Assembly (NCBI GenBank): GCA_951406725.2
Contig: OX597826.1
Coordinates: 10,850,001 to 10,914,000 of the forward strand
Reading direction: 5' to 3'
Source of the DNA: Octopus vulgaris
Taxonomy: Eukaryota
DNA length: 64,000 nucleotides
Shown: one piece after another, positions 1 to 11,169 of the stretch
Position numbering within the stretch: the first letter of the stretch is position 1
Layout: the number at the start of each line of letters is the position of its first letter
Position numbers and translations under genes: made by a program
The notes under the pieces: model-generated
Database searches by the model: none
Told to the model about the DNA's origin: nothing
What the model saw: the letters and a program-made list of their open reading frames with translations, nothing else

Positions 1-128
1 TCAGCAGCATGGAGGGCAGTCCAGTTTTGATTTCGGACAAGTTCTTTCACATCGTCTTTTGGAAGATCAATACGATAGTTGAAATCACCAACCCAGAAAA
101 TATAGTCATGAGAACCAATGGGTTTACC
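1..128 (-). CDS. SYNJ1: Synaptojanin exon N (runs off the window), 5-phosphatase motif
   Basis: ttcag|GGT AAA...; [42 protein letters not shown]. Confidence 0.97.
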
Positions 129-324
129 CTGAAATATATAAACATATAAAATGTATAAACATAAAGAAAGTGAAATCTTCCACCGAAAAACGAAAGCAAA
201 GAACAAAAAGAAACAGTAGGAGAGATAAAAAAAAAAAAGATAACACATTTTCTAAATGTTGATGATAAAGACTAAAGGAAATGTAAATGTAAGCAATAGC
301 AAATACATGCCCATGCTCACTCAC

Positions 325-710
325 AACGGGCTTTTTTCTGTTGCTGTTGAGCGAAGTGGTCTTCGTCTCAGAGTGGGAGAAGTCTGAAACGTGGTCCTTT
401 GCTATTCGTTAGACCCACAGAAGAGAAAGCAGGTCAACCCCTGACACCGAGAGCATCGACAGATGGATGAATGCTCATCCAGACTCAGCAGTTGTGTAGG
501 AAGTCGGGGACCAGAAACAGGATGAAAGAGTGAGAGAAAGTTGGGGGCAAAAGAGTACAACAGGGGTCGCCATCATCCCCTGCCAGAGCCTCGTGGAGCT
601 TTTAAGTGTTTTCGCTCAATAAACACACAAAACGCCTGGTCTGCGAATTGAAACCGCAATCCTCCAACTGCGAGTCCGCTGCCCTAACCATTGGGCCATT
701 GTGCCTCCAC
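325..710 (-). mobile_element. tRNA-headed SINE, shared head and body, tail type 1 (plus-strand copy about 12328-12672)
   Basis: Minus strand starts GTGGAGGCACAATGGCCCAATGGTTAGGGCAGCGGACTCGC (A box) with a B-box-like GGTTTCAATTC; dispersed copies. Confidence 0.8.
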
Positions 711-714
711 TTTC

Positions 715-1995
715 TGTTCCTGTCTACCACCTGGGCATTTAAGAGACTCAGTTCTGGTGTACTCATACGAACTGCTCCAGTGCACCTACCACACATGAAA
801 CCTATGTTTTCATTTAGGCTGCCAGTAATTTCACTTCGTCTCTTGTATGTCCACAGCTTACATTGCATACAGCATATGAAGTTTATACCTACTCCTTTTC
901 TGCATATCAAGCAAGGCCATTTCCCTGAAGGTGCTAGGGTCCTGTCTTTTTTCCTACTTACTAAACCCTTCATCTTTTCTTGGTTCAATTTAGACCTTCT
1001 CAATTCCAGGTTTAGCTTCCATTTCTGGAATTTCTTCTCTAACTCCTCTATGGATTCAGAGATGAGAACTAAGTCATCAACATACAGGAGCTCCCAAGGA
1101 CAGCCAGTCTTAAACTTCTCTATAATGGCTTGCAGGATTATGATGAATAGGAGAGAAAGACTAAATTCATCAATGAAGTCATTGCTAACTCCCATTTTAC
1201 TTGTGTCCATCGCTTAAACTGCCCACACAAGCCATTCATTTGCTCCTATTTTCCTAAGTACTCACCAAATTACTGAATGTAATATTTTCAAATATTTTCT
1301 CCAAGTCAACAAAAGTCCAGTGTAGCAGTTTATTCTTAGCTGGGTATTTCTCCTGTAGGAAGATTGCATCTGAGATGCCTCTACTGGGGACAAAGGCAAA
1401 CTGCATCTCATCCAGGCCTACTCTACCATAGACCCATTGGACTATGACTTTCTTTGTGACCCCATAATTTAATCTAGCAGTTTGATTCCCTTATAGCTAT
1501 GTTCACTGTTTACATTAGATGAATAATGTAAACAATGTACATAATATAAATTCCTCATTTTAGAAATATTGAAACCCCTGTAGTTAATTCTCTCTAAGGC
1601 AGTAGTTCTCAACCAGGGTCCATATAAGATTTTGCAGGGTCTATGCAACAAAATAGTAAATCAGGGAGCCATAATAGTATTTTAAGGGCCTCTGAAAAAA
1701 TTTTGTTTTAGCTGTATGTATTGGTGTGTATTTCAAGAAACAGTCAGGTTTCTTTCTCTGGCATTTTACAGAGTTCAACCCACACCAGTTAATGTTTCTA
1801 TAAAACTAGTTCTTAAACATTGAATGGCTATGGGGGATCACCAGAATGAAATAGTAATCAAAGGGGTCCATAGATAAAAAATGGTTGAGAACCCCTGCCC
1901 TAAGGCATCACCTTTGCCTCAGGTATGCAGTTTACAATGATATTGCTATACCAGTCTTTGGATATGACACACTCCTGAATGACTTGATAAACTCT
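715..1995 (-). mobile_element. Decayed RTE-clade LINE ORF2 fragment (RT plus Cys-rich finger), split by a hAT MITE
   Basis: KDW..IIVNC..KGDAL|ERINYRG, GIKLLD, GCPWELLYVDDLVLI, CLICRKGVG...CMQCKLW...CGRC. Confidence 0.85.
1600..1897. mobile_element. hAT (Charlie-like) MITE
   Basis: TIR CAGTAGTTCTCAACC / GGTTGAGAACCCCTG; 8-bp TSD ctctaagg/ccctaagg; relatives at 37159-37706 and 57640-58326 (TSD gtttagat/gtctagat). Confidence 0.85.
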
Positions 1996-2389
1996 CTGGG
2001 TGATATTCTTGCATCTCACATCCACAGACAGTCCCACTGCATGGCACCTTGGATAAGTGTCTTCCACTATAACCCCGGGCTGACCAAAGCTTTGTGAGTG
2101 TACTTGGTAGTCAGAAGTCGAAAGAAGTGTGTGTGTGTGTGTTTATGTTTGTCTGCCCACCACTGCTTGATAACCAATATTGGCTTGTTTACATCCCCGT
2201 AACTAAGCAGTTCAGCAAAAAGTGACAGACAAAATAAGTACCAGGCTTTAGAAAAAGGAACCTAAGTACTGGAGTCGATTCGTTCCACTAAACCCTTCAA
2301 GCAAATGCCCCAGCATGGCCACAGTCCAATTACTGAAACGAATAAAAGATAACAAGGTAAGAAAATTAATTTGTAAAAAAAAAACCAAC

Positions 2390-2579
2390 CTGTAATGAAA
2401 CCCTCTTCATAATCTCATGGAAATCATTGTTGCGTTCGTTCACCTGTGACTGCCCGGCTGCAAAATGAGCGCAGAGGAAGCAAAATGAGGTAGCATTGAG
2501 TAAAAAGCGGACACCTACGGCGCCTTTGTTGCCTGTAGCACCTCCAAGGCCTGTTTTGACAGACTCAATAGCAATATCC
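2390..2579 (-). CDS. SYNJ1: Synaptojanin exon M, 190 nt, 5-phosphatase
   Basis: ttcag|G GAT...CAG|gttggt; [25 protein letters not shown]...[18 protein letters not shown]; phase 2 to 0. Confidence 0.97.
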
Positions 2580-3029
2580 CTGAAACAAATGGAATGGAAA
2601 CATTACATCACCACCATCATCATATACAGGCATAAAAGCACATACATACATATACACACACACACATGGGTTGGCTTAATGGTTTTCTCTATAGCAATTG
2701 TTCATCCGGCTAGGAAAAAAAAAAGAGCAAACCTCACTCTAATAGCTTAAAAAAAAAAACACCCTGTGTGCTTATGGTCATCAGATGGATACAGGATGAT
2801 CAGCAAAAATGTTGGGAGTTCGCACCTGTCACAGGTACTGTCTTGTGTTTATGGTCAAGACATTTATTCAGCAACTACCAATTTCACTAAACTCTAAAAG
2901 GATAGAAACCATTTAATTCTAAACCTGTGTTCTTTAGTAATTTCCATAAAGATTTAACAAGGCAGCACTAGTCCACTCAAATGTTGACAAATAGCCACAT
3001 ACCTGATGGGGCTGTATATGATAATAATC

Positions 3030-3545
3030 ATCATCATCATTTAACGTCCACTTTCCATGCTAGCATGGGTTGGACAGTTCAACTGGGGTCTGGGAAGCCC
3101 GAAGGCTGCACCAGGCCAGTCAGATCTGGCAGTGTTTCTACAGCTGGATGCCCTTCCTAACGCCAACCACTCCGAGAGTGTAGTGGGTGCTTTTATGTGC
3201 CACCAACACAGGTGCCAGATGAGGCTGGCGAACGGCCACGCCGGATGGTGCTGTGCCACCGACACAGGTGCCAGACAAGGCTGGCGCGGATGGTGTTTTT
3301 ATGTGCCACCGACACAGGTGCCAGACGAGGCTGGTGAACGGCCACGCCGGATGGTGTTTTTTATGTGCCACCGACACAGGTGCCAGACGAGGCTGGCGAA
3401 CGGCCATGCTCGGATGGTGTTTTTTTGCTACCGGCACAGGTGCCAGATGAGGCTGGCGAACGGCCACGCTCGGATGGTGCTTTTTATGTGCCACCTGCAC
3501 GGAGGCCAGGTAGGGCTGGCGAACGGCCACAATCGGATGGTGTGG
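3030..3545 (-). mobile_element. RTE 3'-end-derived short element with (GAT)n tail and internal ~60-bp tandem repeats
   Basis: Shared block GCACCCACTACACTC..GAGTGGTTGGCGTTAGGAAGGGCATCCAGCTGTAG...GGACGTTAAATGATGAT. Other copies at about 7606-8210, 11937-12255, 13920-14130, 27135-27557, 32930-33260, 40483-40701, 47795-48135, 49445-49832, 53353-53537, 53850-54124, 60211-60710 and 60963-61155. Confidence 0.8.
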
Positions 3546-4315
3546 ATAATAAATAATTGTACAAAATTAGCTTCCTTTTCATTTTAACATCCACTTTTCT
3601 TTACTAACTTGGGGTGGATGGAATTTGGTGAGGACGATTTTTCTATGGCTGGATGCACTTCCTGTCACCAACCTCCACCTGTTTCTCAGAAAGCTGATAA
3701 TTCCTCATAGCCAAACATGTTTCCACGGAAGATTAGAAATGAAGGACACCACTTTTATGATGGTGATACTCATTTACAACTATCACATGATGCCAGTGTA
3801 AAGAGACAATAAAACACACACTCACACATACATTGCCTAATATTCTATAAGTCTGAAAAAATATGAACTCATATATTTTCCAATAGAGTGGACATATTAA
3901 TCAAAGTGTACAGTATCATTTGTCTGTTTGTCCATCCATCTGTCCATTGTATATATCTCTTTTTCTTACTCTTTTTACTTGTATCAGTCATTTGACTGCG
4001 GCAATGCTGGAGCACCGCCTTTAGTCGAGCAAATTGACCTCAGGACTTATTCTTTGTAAGCCTAGTACTTATTCTATCGGTCTCTTTTGCCAAACCGCTA
4101 AGTTAGAGGACCAGCATTGGTTGTCAAGCGATGTTGTGGGGACAAACACACACACACACATATATATATACAAATATACAACAGGCCTCTTTCAGTTTCC
4201 ATCTACCAAATCCACTCACAAGGCTTTGGTTGGCTCAAGGCTATAGTAGAAGACACTTGCCCAAGGTGCCACACAGTGGGACTGAACCCGGAATCATATG
4301 GTTCATAAGGAAGCT

Positions 4316-4346
<31 letters not shown>

Positions 4347-4644
4347 AACAAAACAGGCTTCTTTCAGCTTCCATCAACCAAATCCATTTACAAGGATTTG
4401 GTTGGCCCAGGGCTTTAGCAGAAGACACTTGCCCAGGGTGCCATGCAGTAGGACTACACCTGAAACCAGGTATTTGGGAAGCAAACTTCTTAATCAGACA
4501 GCCACACCTGTTCCTACTTCATTAAAATAAGTAGATTTATTTTTAATTGAAAACCTGCAAATGAGGTGTTTGTAAATTACCACTGAGTGGAAAAGAAGGG
4601 GCTGAACTCCAAAAGATTCAGAACCCTTGATGATCTAATGTGTA

Positions 4645-5056
4645 TACTCTTTTACTCTTTTACTTAATTCAGTCATTTGACTGCGGCCATGCTGGAGCAC
4701 CGCCTTTAGTCGAGCAAATCGACCCTAGGACATATTCTTTGTAAGCCTAGTACTTATTCTATCGATCTCTTTTGCCGAACCAATAAGTTACAGGGACGTA
4801 AACACACCAGCATCGGTTGTCAAGCAATGCTAGGGGGACAAACACAGACACACAAACACACACACATACATATACATATATATACATATATACGACAGGC
4901 TTCTTTCAGTTTCCGTCTACCAAATCCACTCTCAAGGCATTGGTCGGCCTGGGGCTATAGCAGAAGACACTTGCCCAAGATGCCATGCAGTGGGACTGAA
5001 CCCGGAACCATGTGGTTGGTTAGCAAGCTATTTACTACACAGCCACTCCTGCGCCT
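4645..5056 (-). mobile_element. Abundant tRNA-headed CORE-type SINE with internal (TA/TG)n microsatellite
   Basis: Head AGGCGCAGGAGTGGCTGTGTAGT...GGTTCAGTCCC, then CTTGGGCAAGTG; tail (GTAAAAGA)n. Minus copies at about 3966-4510, 5316-5699, 14361-14827, 31119-31498, 31920-32158, 33745-34125, 36426-36660, 40705-41128, 56528-56934 and 62630-62985. Confidence 0.88.
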
Positions 5057-5838
5057 TAGTTATCACAATGATAACTAATTAGAAATTCTACATTAATTAC
5101 TGATATTAACTCTTGGCCAGCAATTTTGTGGGAGGGGATAAATTGATTTCATCAACCCCAGCTTTCAACTGGTACCGATTTTATTGGCCCCAGAAGGATG
5201 AAATACAAAGACAACTCCAGCAGCATTTGAACTCAGGCTGTAAAGACAGGCAAAATATCACTAGGCATTTTGCCTGGCATGCTAACGATTCTGCTGGCTC
5301 ACCACCTTAAATTATATACTCTTTTACTTGTTTCAGTCATTTGATTGTGGCCATGCTGGAGCACCGCCTTAGTCGAGCAAATTGACCCCAGGACATATTC
5401 TTCGTAAGCCTAGTACTTATTCTATCAATCTCTTTTGCCGAACCGGTAAGTTACGGGGACGTAAATACACCAGCATCGGTTGTCAAGCGATGTTTGGGGG
5501 GGACAAACACACACACACACACAAACACATATATACGATGGGCTTCTTTTAGTTTCCGTCAACCAAATCCACTCACAAGGCTTTGGTCGGCCCAAGGCTA
5601 TAGTAGAAGACACTTGCCCAAGGTGCCACGCAGTGGGACTGAACCCGGAACTGTGTGGTTGGTTAGCAAGCTACTTACCACACAGCCACTCCTATGCCTG
5701 TTAATTATTATGTTAATTATTGACACACAACAATATAATTGGTTTCAAATTTTGACACAATGCCAGCGATTTCGAGGGAGTGGATAAGTTGATTACATTG
5801 ACCCCAGTTTAAATGTTAATTATTGAAACACAATAATA

Positions 5839-6221
5839 TCTTTATATATAAAAGAGAGGTTGTGCGTCTGTCTCCTACGATTTAGATTCCTAACTACTCC
5901 CACATATTGCGGTGCAGTTTAACCAAAACTGGGTATCTTATAGTTGTGATTCATATCGAGCCCTTCTGGGTATTAGCGCCCGTCTACGATGAGTCTACAA
6001 TTTAAAAAAAAATTTACCATCATTTTTTCCCATTTTAATGCATTTTTTCGCTATTATATAAGGGAAGTAACTCTCTAAAAATGTCTACGATGAGTCGATT
6101 TAAAAAAAAATTTACCATAATTTTTTTTCCATTTTTAATGCACTTTTTGCTATAACTCTCTAAAAATGCTTATATAGTTATTTCCCTTACAAACCCGAGC
6201 AACGCCGGGCGATACTGCTAG
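5839..6221 (+). mobile_element. Non-autonomous Helitron (second copy 39341-39636)
   Basis: 5' TC, 3' CTAG, subterminal hairpin CCCGAGCAACGCCGGG, inserted between A and T, no TSD; this copy has an internal duplication. Confidence 0.8.
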
Positions 6222-6567
6222 TAATTTAATAAACTCTATGGAGAGATTTAAACTAATTATTAGCACATCTGCAGCATCATGACAATAGGATTTGAGATTC
6301 TTAAATGCAAACATTGCTAATTAAGTTTTCGTCATTATCCTCATTTAATGTTCACTTTTTGATGCTTTCATCGGTCAGATGGAATTCAATGAGGCAAATT
6401 TTCTACGTCCAGCTGTCCAGCCTCTTGCCAACCTTCGCCTGTTTCCAAGCAAGGTAATATTTTCCTATAGTTACACATATTTTCATGAAGACTGAAGACA
6501 AACAAATATCGCTTGTATGATAGTGATGCTTCTTTACAACCATCACATGATGCCAAAACAAGGGCAT

Positions 6568-6604
<37 letters not shown>

Positions 6605-6850
6605 CACACAAACACAGACATAGATACAACAGGCTTCTTTCAAATCTAGCAAGTCTATTCACAATCCTTTGGCCAACGCAGGATGATAGTAGAAGACATT
6701 TGCCCAAGGTGCTATGCAGTGGAACTGAACTCAAGACCACATGGTTGGGAAGCAAGCTTATTAACCACACGGTCATACCTGTCAATGAGAATTAAAAGAA
6801 AAAGAAAAAAAGCTTTCATAAAACCAAATAGTGTGAAATCTTTAACTCAC

Positions 6851-6991
6851 GAGATTAATGGCGCCAGATGTGGTCTGATAAATAAGATTAGGCAAACTCC
6901 TACAAGCTGGATTGTTGCTAATGGAATATATTTGTACTCTCGAGAAATTGTCTTTTGAATTTCATTTTGCCATTCACGGGAATTTTCCGTG
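6851..6991 (-). CDS. SYNJ1: Synaptojanin exon L, 141 nt
   Basis: ttctag|C ACG...ATC TC|gtgagt; [47 protein letters not shown]; phase 2 to 2. Not in the ORF track. Confidence 0.95.
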
Positions 6992-7307
6992 CTAGAAGAA
7001 AAATAAATAAATGAAATGATAGTAACATATTTTGAATTTCAATATTAAAAAAACAGAAGCAATAAGGAATAAATTTTGCTTTGAATGACAACCACAAGCA
7101 GAATGTGATAATGTTTGTCTAACCCTTACAGAATGTGATAATGTTTGCCTGACCCTTTGGCATTTAAACTGGCCATATCCAGCCAAATATTCTGTCTTGT
7201 GTTTAGCCTTGCCAGATCTGGCCTCTCACACCTATCTTACAATGTCATTGTAAATATAAACAATTACATCATTGAAAACTTGAAGCTACAAGATCATGCA
7301 TGATTAA

Positions 7308-7530
7308 CCCTTTTGTTACCATATTTCTGTTGAGATGCTCTGTGTTTCTTTCAATTAATTTTAAATATAACAAATAATTTAGTAAAATAACTTCGTTATC
7401 ATTAAGCTAGTGTTAGGAACCATAAATTGTGACTAAGGTTTGGTGGAAGATTTTTATTCAGAACTTTTGAAAACAAGACATTTGTACTACAGAGCCAGAG
7501 GCGGTTTCAGGCGGGTTGGTATCGAAAGGG
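7308..7530. mobile_element. piggyBac-type MITE (~220 bp)
   Basis: TTAA TSD, CCCTTT...AAAGGG termini. Copies at 29942-30162, 30193-30413, 45743-45945 (partial), 46001-46221 and 59734-59938. This one is nested in an older CCCTTT(A/G)GCATT element at about 7150-7592. Confidence 0.85.
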
Positions 7531-7606
7531 TTAATGTAAAACAATGTGAATAAATAAGTATTACATTTGACAGATTAATCTGAATGTTAAAGGGCTAAAT
7601 GTTTAA

Positions 7607-8048
7607 ATGTGTCACGTAAAGGTACCTGTGGGCTGCCACATAAAAGCATCTGTGTGGTGCCATGTAAAAGTGCCTGTGCGGTGTCACATAAAAGTGCCTG
7701 TGCGGTGCCACGTAAAAGTGCCTGTGCGGTGCCACGTAAAAGTGCCTGTGTGGTGCCACATAAAAGTGCCTGTGCGGTGCCACATAAAAGTGCCAGTGCG
7801 GTACCACGTAAAAGTGCCTGTGAGGTGTCACATAAAAGTGCCTGTGGGGTACCATGTAAAAGTGCCTGTGCGGTACCATGTGTCTGTCTGGTGCCACATA
7901 AAAGTGCCTGTGTGGTACCATGTAAAAGTGCCTGTGCAATGCCATGTAAAAGTCCTTGTGTGGCGCCACATAAAACACCCATGTGGTGCCACATAAAGCA
8001 CCCATGTGGCACCACATAAACGCATCTGTGCAGCGTCATGTAAAAGCA
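7607..8048 (+). repeat. 24-bp minisatellite, about 18 units (GTGCCACRTAAAAGTGCCTGTGCG)
   Basis: Direct tandem units continuous with the RTE-tail element that follows; explains the repetitive ORFs. Confidence 0.93.
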
Positions 8049-8936
8049 CCCAGTACACTCTGTAAAGTGGTTGGTGTTAGGAAGGGTATCCAGCTATAAA
8101 AGCCATGCGAAATCAGACTGGAGTCTGGTGCAGCCCACCAGCATGCCAGCTTTGGTCACACCATTCAACCCATGCCAGCATGGACAACAGATGTTAAATG
8201 ATGATGATGAATCTCAGAGAAAAAAATAAATAATTGTAATGTCATCCAATTTCTACATTGATACAAAGGTTATCAATTTATATGAACGGGGTATTATTGA
8301 TGGAATTGATTCCAGAACATGTCTTACATGTTTATGGATTGAAGGAATGGAAAACAAAGTAGGCCATAGTGGAATATGGAACTCAGAATGAATACAATTA
8401 GAATTCTTAATGCTGCAACACCATTCATTCATTTTTTCCTTCGACTCCATATCGACAGAATATAGGGTGACCACAAGAGCTGTCCATCTCAGGGGTCTCG
8501 GTCTTTCATCATTTCCTCTGTAAAGCCCAACATGCCACTGGCACGGGTATCACAGTTACAATATCTATTTGATTTTTATTTTGTTGTTGATGTACTTGAC
8601 TCAATAAGTCTTCTCAAGCACAGCAGGTCACCCTACGATCCAAGGTTAGCAGAGCAGGCCGTCCTGCGAGCCATAAACTCACTTCATTTGTCAGACACAC
8701 TTCATATCCAGACAATATATACCTCATATGTAAATAATATACTATCACTGCTACTAAACACTCCATTGGTTACAACTACAAGGGTCACAGTTGATCTGAT
8801 CAAAAGAACAGCTTGCTCATGAAATTAACAAGCAACTGGCTGAGAACTCCACAGACATGTGTACCCTTAACATACTTCTCTGGGAGATTCAGCATGACAC
8901 AGAATGTGACAACGCTGACCCTTTGAAATACAAATA

Positions 8937-9689
8937 CCATAAATCCTTGAGTATAATCCGCATTTTTTCCCCAAAATTGAAAGGTCAAAATCCCTAGTGT
9001 GTACTATATACGAGGTTAAAAATGAAAAATATTTTCTAAGCAATTTCCGAGTCTCTATTTGCTGTCCGGCAATGTTTATTCAAACACATTTTGTGATGTC
9101 GGGTGCAAAAATACCTTAAATCATCCATAAATTGCAGTAAGCAACATTTATTAAACGTTATTACTGTTAATTCTTTATTTTCTGCAAACAAAATGTCCCG
9201 AAAAAGCTACACATTTGCATTATGTTATATGTACAATAATAATAAAGGATTTACGGACATGTACTTGCATAGCGAGTGATCTGATCTGAGATCGTGTGCT
9301 GGAACGAAAACATTTGCAGCGTGGAAGGTGTTTATAAGCCATTTAAGAAACACACAAAAACCGTTAGATTCACTTCAACATTTAAATTTAATTTGTCAAA
9401 ATATTTTCGTCGCTTTGAGACCGCGACCTGTTCACTGATAAAACTTCATGCTAGTGAATCACACTGTTTTTGTGTTTCTTAAATGGCTTATAAACACCTT
9501 CCATGCTGCAATAGTAAAGGATGTTCCCGTATACATTTTTACAAACCAAGGATATTATATAGACCTCCTTGACTCAAGTTAGAGAAGGGGTGTGTATTAT
9601 ACATAAGGTTTAGGTTTTTCAGAGGTACAGCCCCCTAAAAATCCCCTGCGTATTATACTCAAGGGCAGACTATACTCAAAGATTTACGG
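8937..9689. mobile_element. Non-autonomous Tc1/mariner/pogo-type element nested in a SINE (about 8790-9830)
   Basis: TA-CCATAAATCCTTGAGTATA ... TATACTCAAAGATTTACGG-TA; an uninterrupted host SINE is at about 12795-13024. Confidence 0.75.
9392..9442 (-). ncRNA. Hammerhead-like motif, G3-C8 core variant
   Basis: UUUAUCA-GUGAACA-G-GUCGC(9 nt)GCGAC-GAA-AAUAUU-U-UGACAAA; three helices, palindromic helix III. Confidence 0.6.
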
Positions 9690-10222
9690 TACTACTCATT
9701 TTTGCCAGCTGAGTGGACTGGTGCAATGTGAAATAAAGTGTTTTGCTCAAGGACACAACAACCACCAGGAATCAAGCTTATGATCTTATGACCAAGAGCC
9801 AAACACCCTAACCACTAAGCTATGCACCCAGTAAGCAATACTTTATAATTTAAAATGATTTACCGCCTTATTCAAGGGCACAAACTTAGCTGTGTGGTTA
9901 AGAAGTTCATTTTGCAAACATTTTGTTTCTTTTAACCCATTTAATGATATCTTTGACCAATGATGTCTATCATAGCCTCATCCTCATCACCATGTTGCTT
10001 TAGCATCTACTTTTCTATACTTGCATGGATCAGACAAAGTTTATCGAGGCAAAATCTCTATGGATGGATATCATTCCTGCTAGAAGTAGCAATCAAATAT
10101 TCCTGAAATCAAATTCTACCATTTTAAAAACAAAAAGACACACTGAATCATTTGTAACAAAGACAAAGATCTATGGAACACTTTTAGCATGAAAACCCAT
10201 TATTTGTGTATGTATATATGTA

Positions 10223-10263
<41 letters not shown>

Positions 10264-10559
10264 GGAAACCTGACATCCTGTTGTTGTCAAACAAAAATAC
10301 CTTGAGGTGTTTGTTATGCTTGAGTTACACAGATGGTCCCTTGTCACTCTCACCATCATTAACCCTTTAGCATTTAAACCAATCAGATCCAGCCTCTCAC
10401 ACCCACCCTGCAATGCCATTCTAAATATATAGAATCACATCACCCAAATCTCAAAGCTGCAAGATAAATGCACGATTTATTCAAAACATGAATAGATAGG
10501 CATTACATTTAACAGAATAATCCAAAAGCCAAATAATTAAATACAGCGAACCAGTGGCA

Positions 10560-11022
10560 GCCATTGAAAATTGTTCACAGAATGCAGTGTACGTGATATA
10601 CTGTCGAGCCAATTCTACTATATGGCTCAGAAACCTGGATGTTATCAAAGAAGCTTGAGAGGCGGTTGGATGGAACTTACACTCGCCTCCGTATGAGAGT
10701 TCAAAATCTCTCGTGGACGCATCATCCAACCAAAATGCAAATATATGGGAAACTACCACCTGTATCATCTCTTGTGAAAGGTAGGAGAGTCCAGTTTGCT
10801 GGACATTGTTGTAGAGCTGAAAACGAGGTAATTTCTACTCTTCTCCTCTGGAAGCCATCTACTCGCGATACCAGAGGGCGCACACTCTCCTACCCTGATG
10901 TAATCTCCAGGGATACAGGCATCCAGCAACAGGACCTCTGTAATGCTATGATGGACCGTGAAGTCTGGCGTAGCATGGTAAATTCCATTGTCTCGACCAC
11001 GGTCGAACAATGATGATGATGA
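10560..11022 (+). mobile_element. LINE 3' end (RTE-like) with (GAT)n tail
   Basis: LLYGSETW-LSKKLERRLDGTYTRL...RRVQFAGHC...DREVW, stop, then tgatgatgat. Confidence 0.8.
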
Positions 11023-11066
11023 TATGTGATATAAAATTGAACCAAATCAATAAAACAACTGTTTAC

Positions 11067-11169
11067 CTGGCTCTGACAATGTTACTTGCATTAAGATCAA
11101 CTATTTCTTCAAATCCAATAGCGAAAATATCAGCTGGGTAACTGAAGTCAGCATTTTGGTCTAAGGAAT
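11067..11169 (-). CDS. SYNJ1: Synaptojanin exon K, 103 nt
   Basis: ttctag|AT TCC...GCC AG|gtaaac; DSLDQNADFSYPADIFAIGFEEIVDLNASNIVRA; an in-frame alternative acceptor 9 nt inside (start 11160) is possible. Confidence 0.93.

Noticed and set aside
4034-5787. Many recurring short ORFs (SFRLPNPLTRLW, EDTCPRCHAVG)
   Set aside because: Translations of SINE copies and microsatellites, not genes
7587-8058. Repetitive ORFs in several frames and a CRISPR-like periodic look
   Set aside because: A 24-bp tandem minisatellite with no unique spacers and no cas genes, in eukaryotic DNA
2580-11066. Apparent loss of the QLVG-containing 5-phosphatase exon (absent from the ORF track, and its neighbours splice in frame without it)
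   Set aside because: The exon is present and intact at 6851-6991
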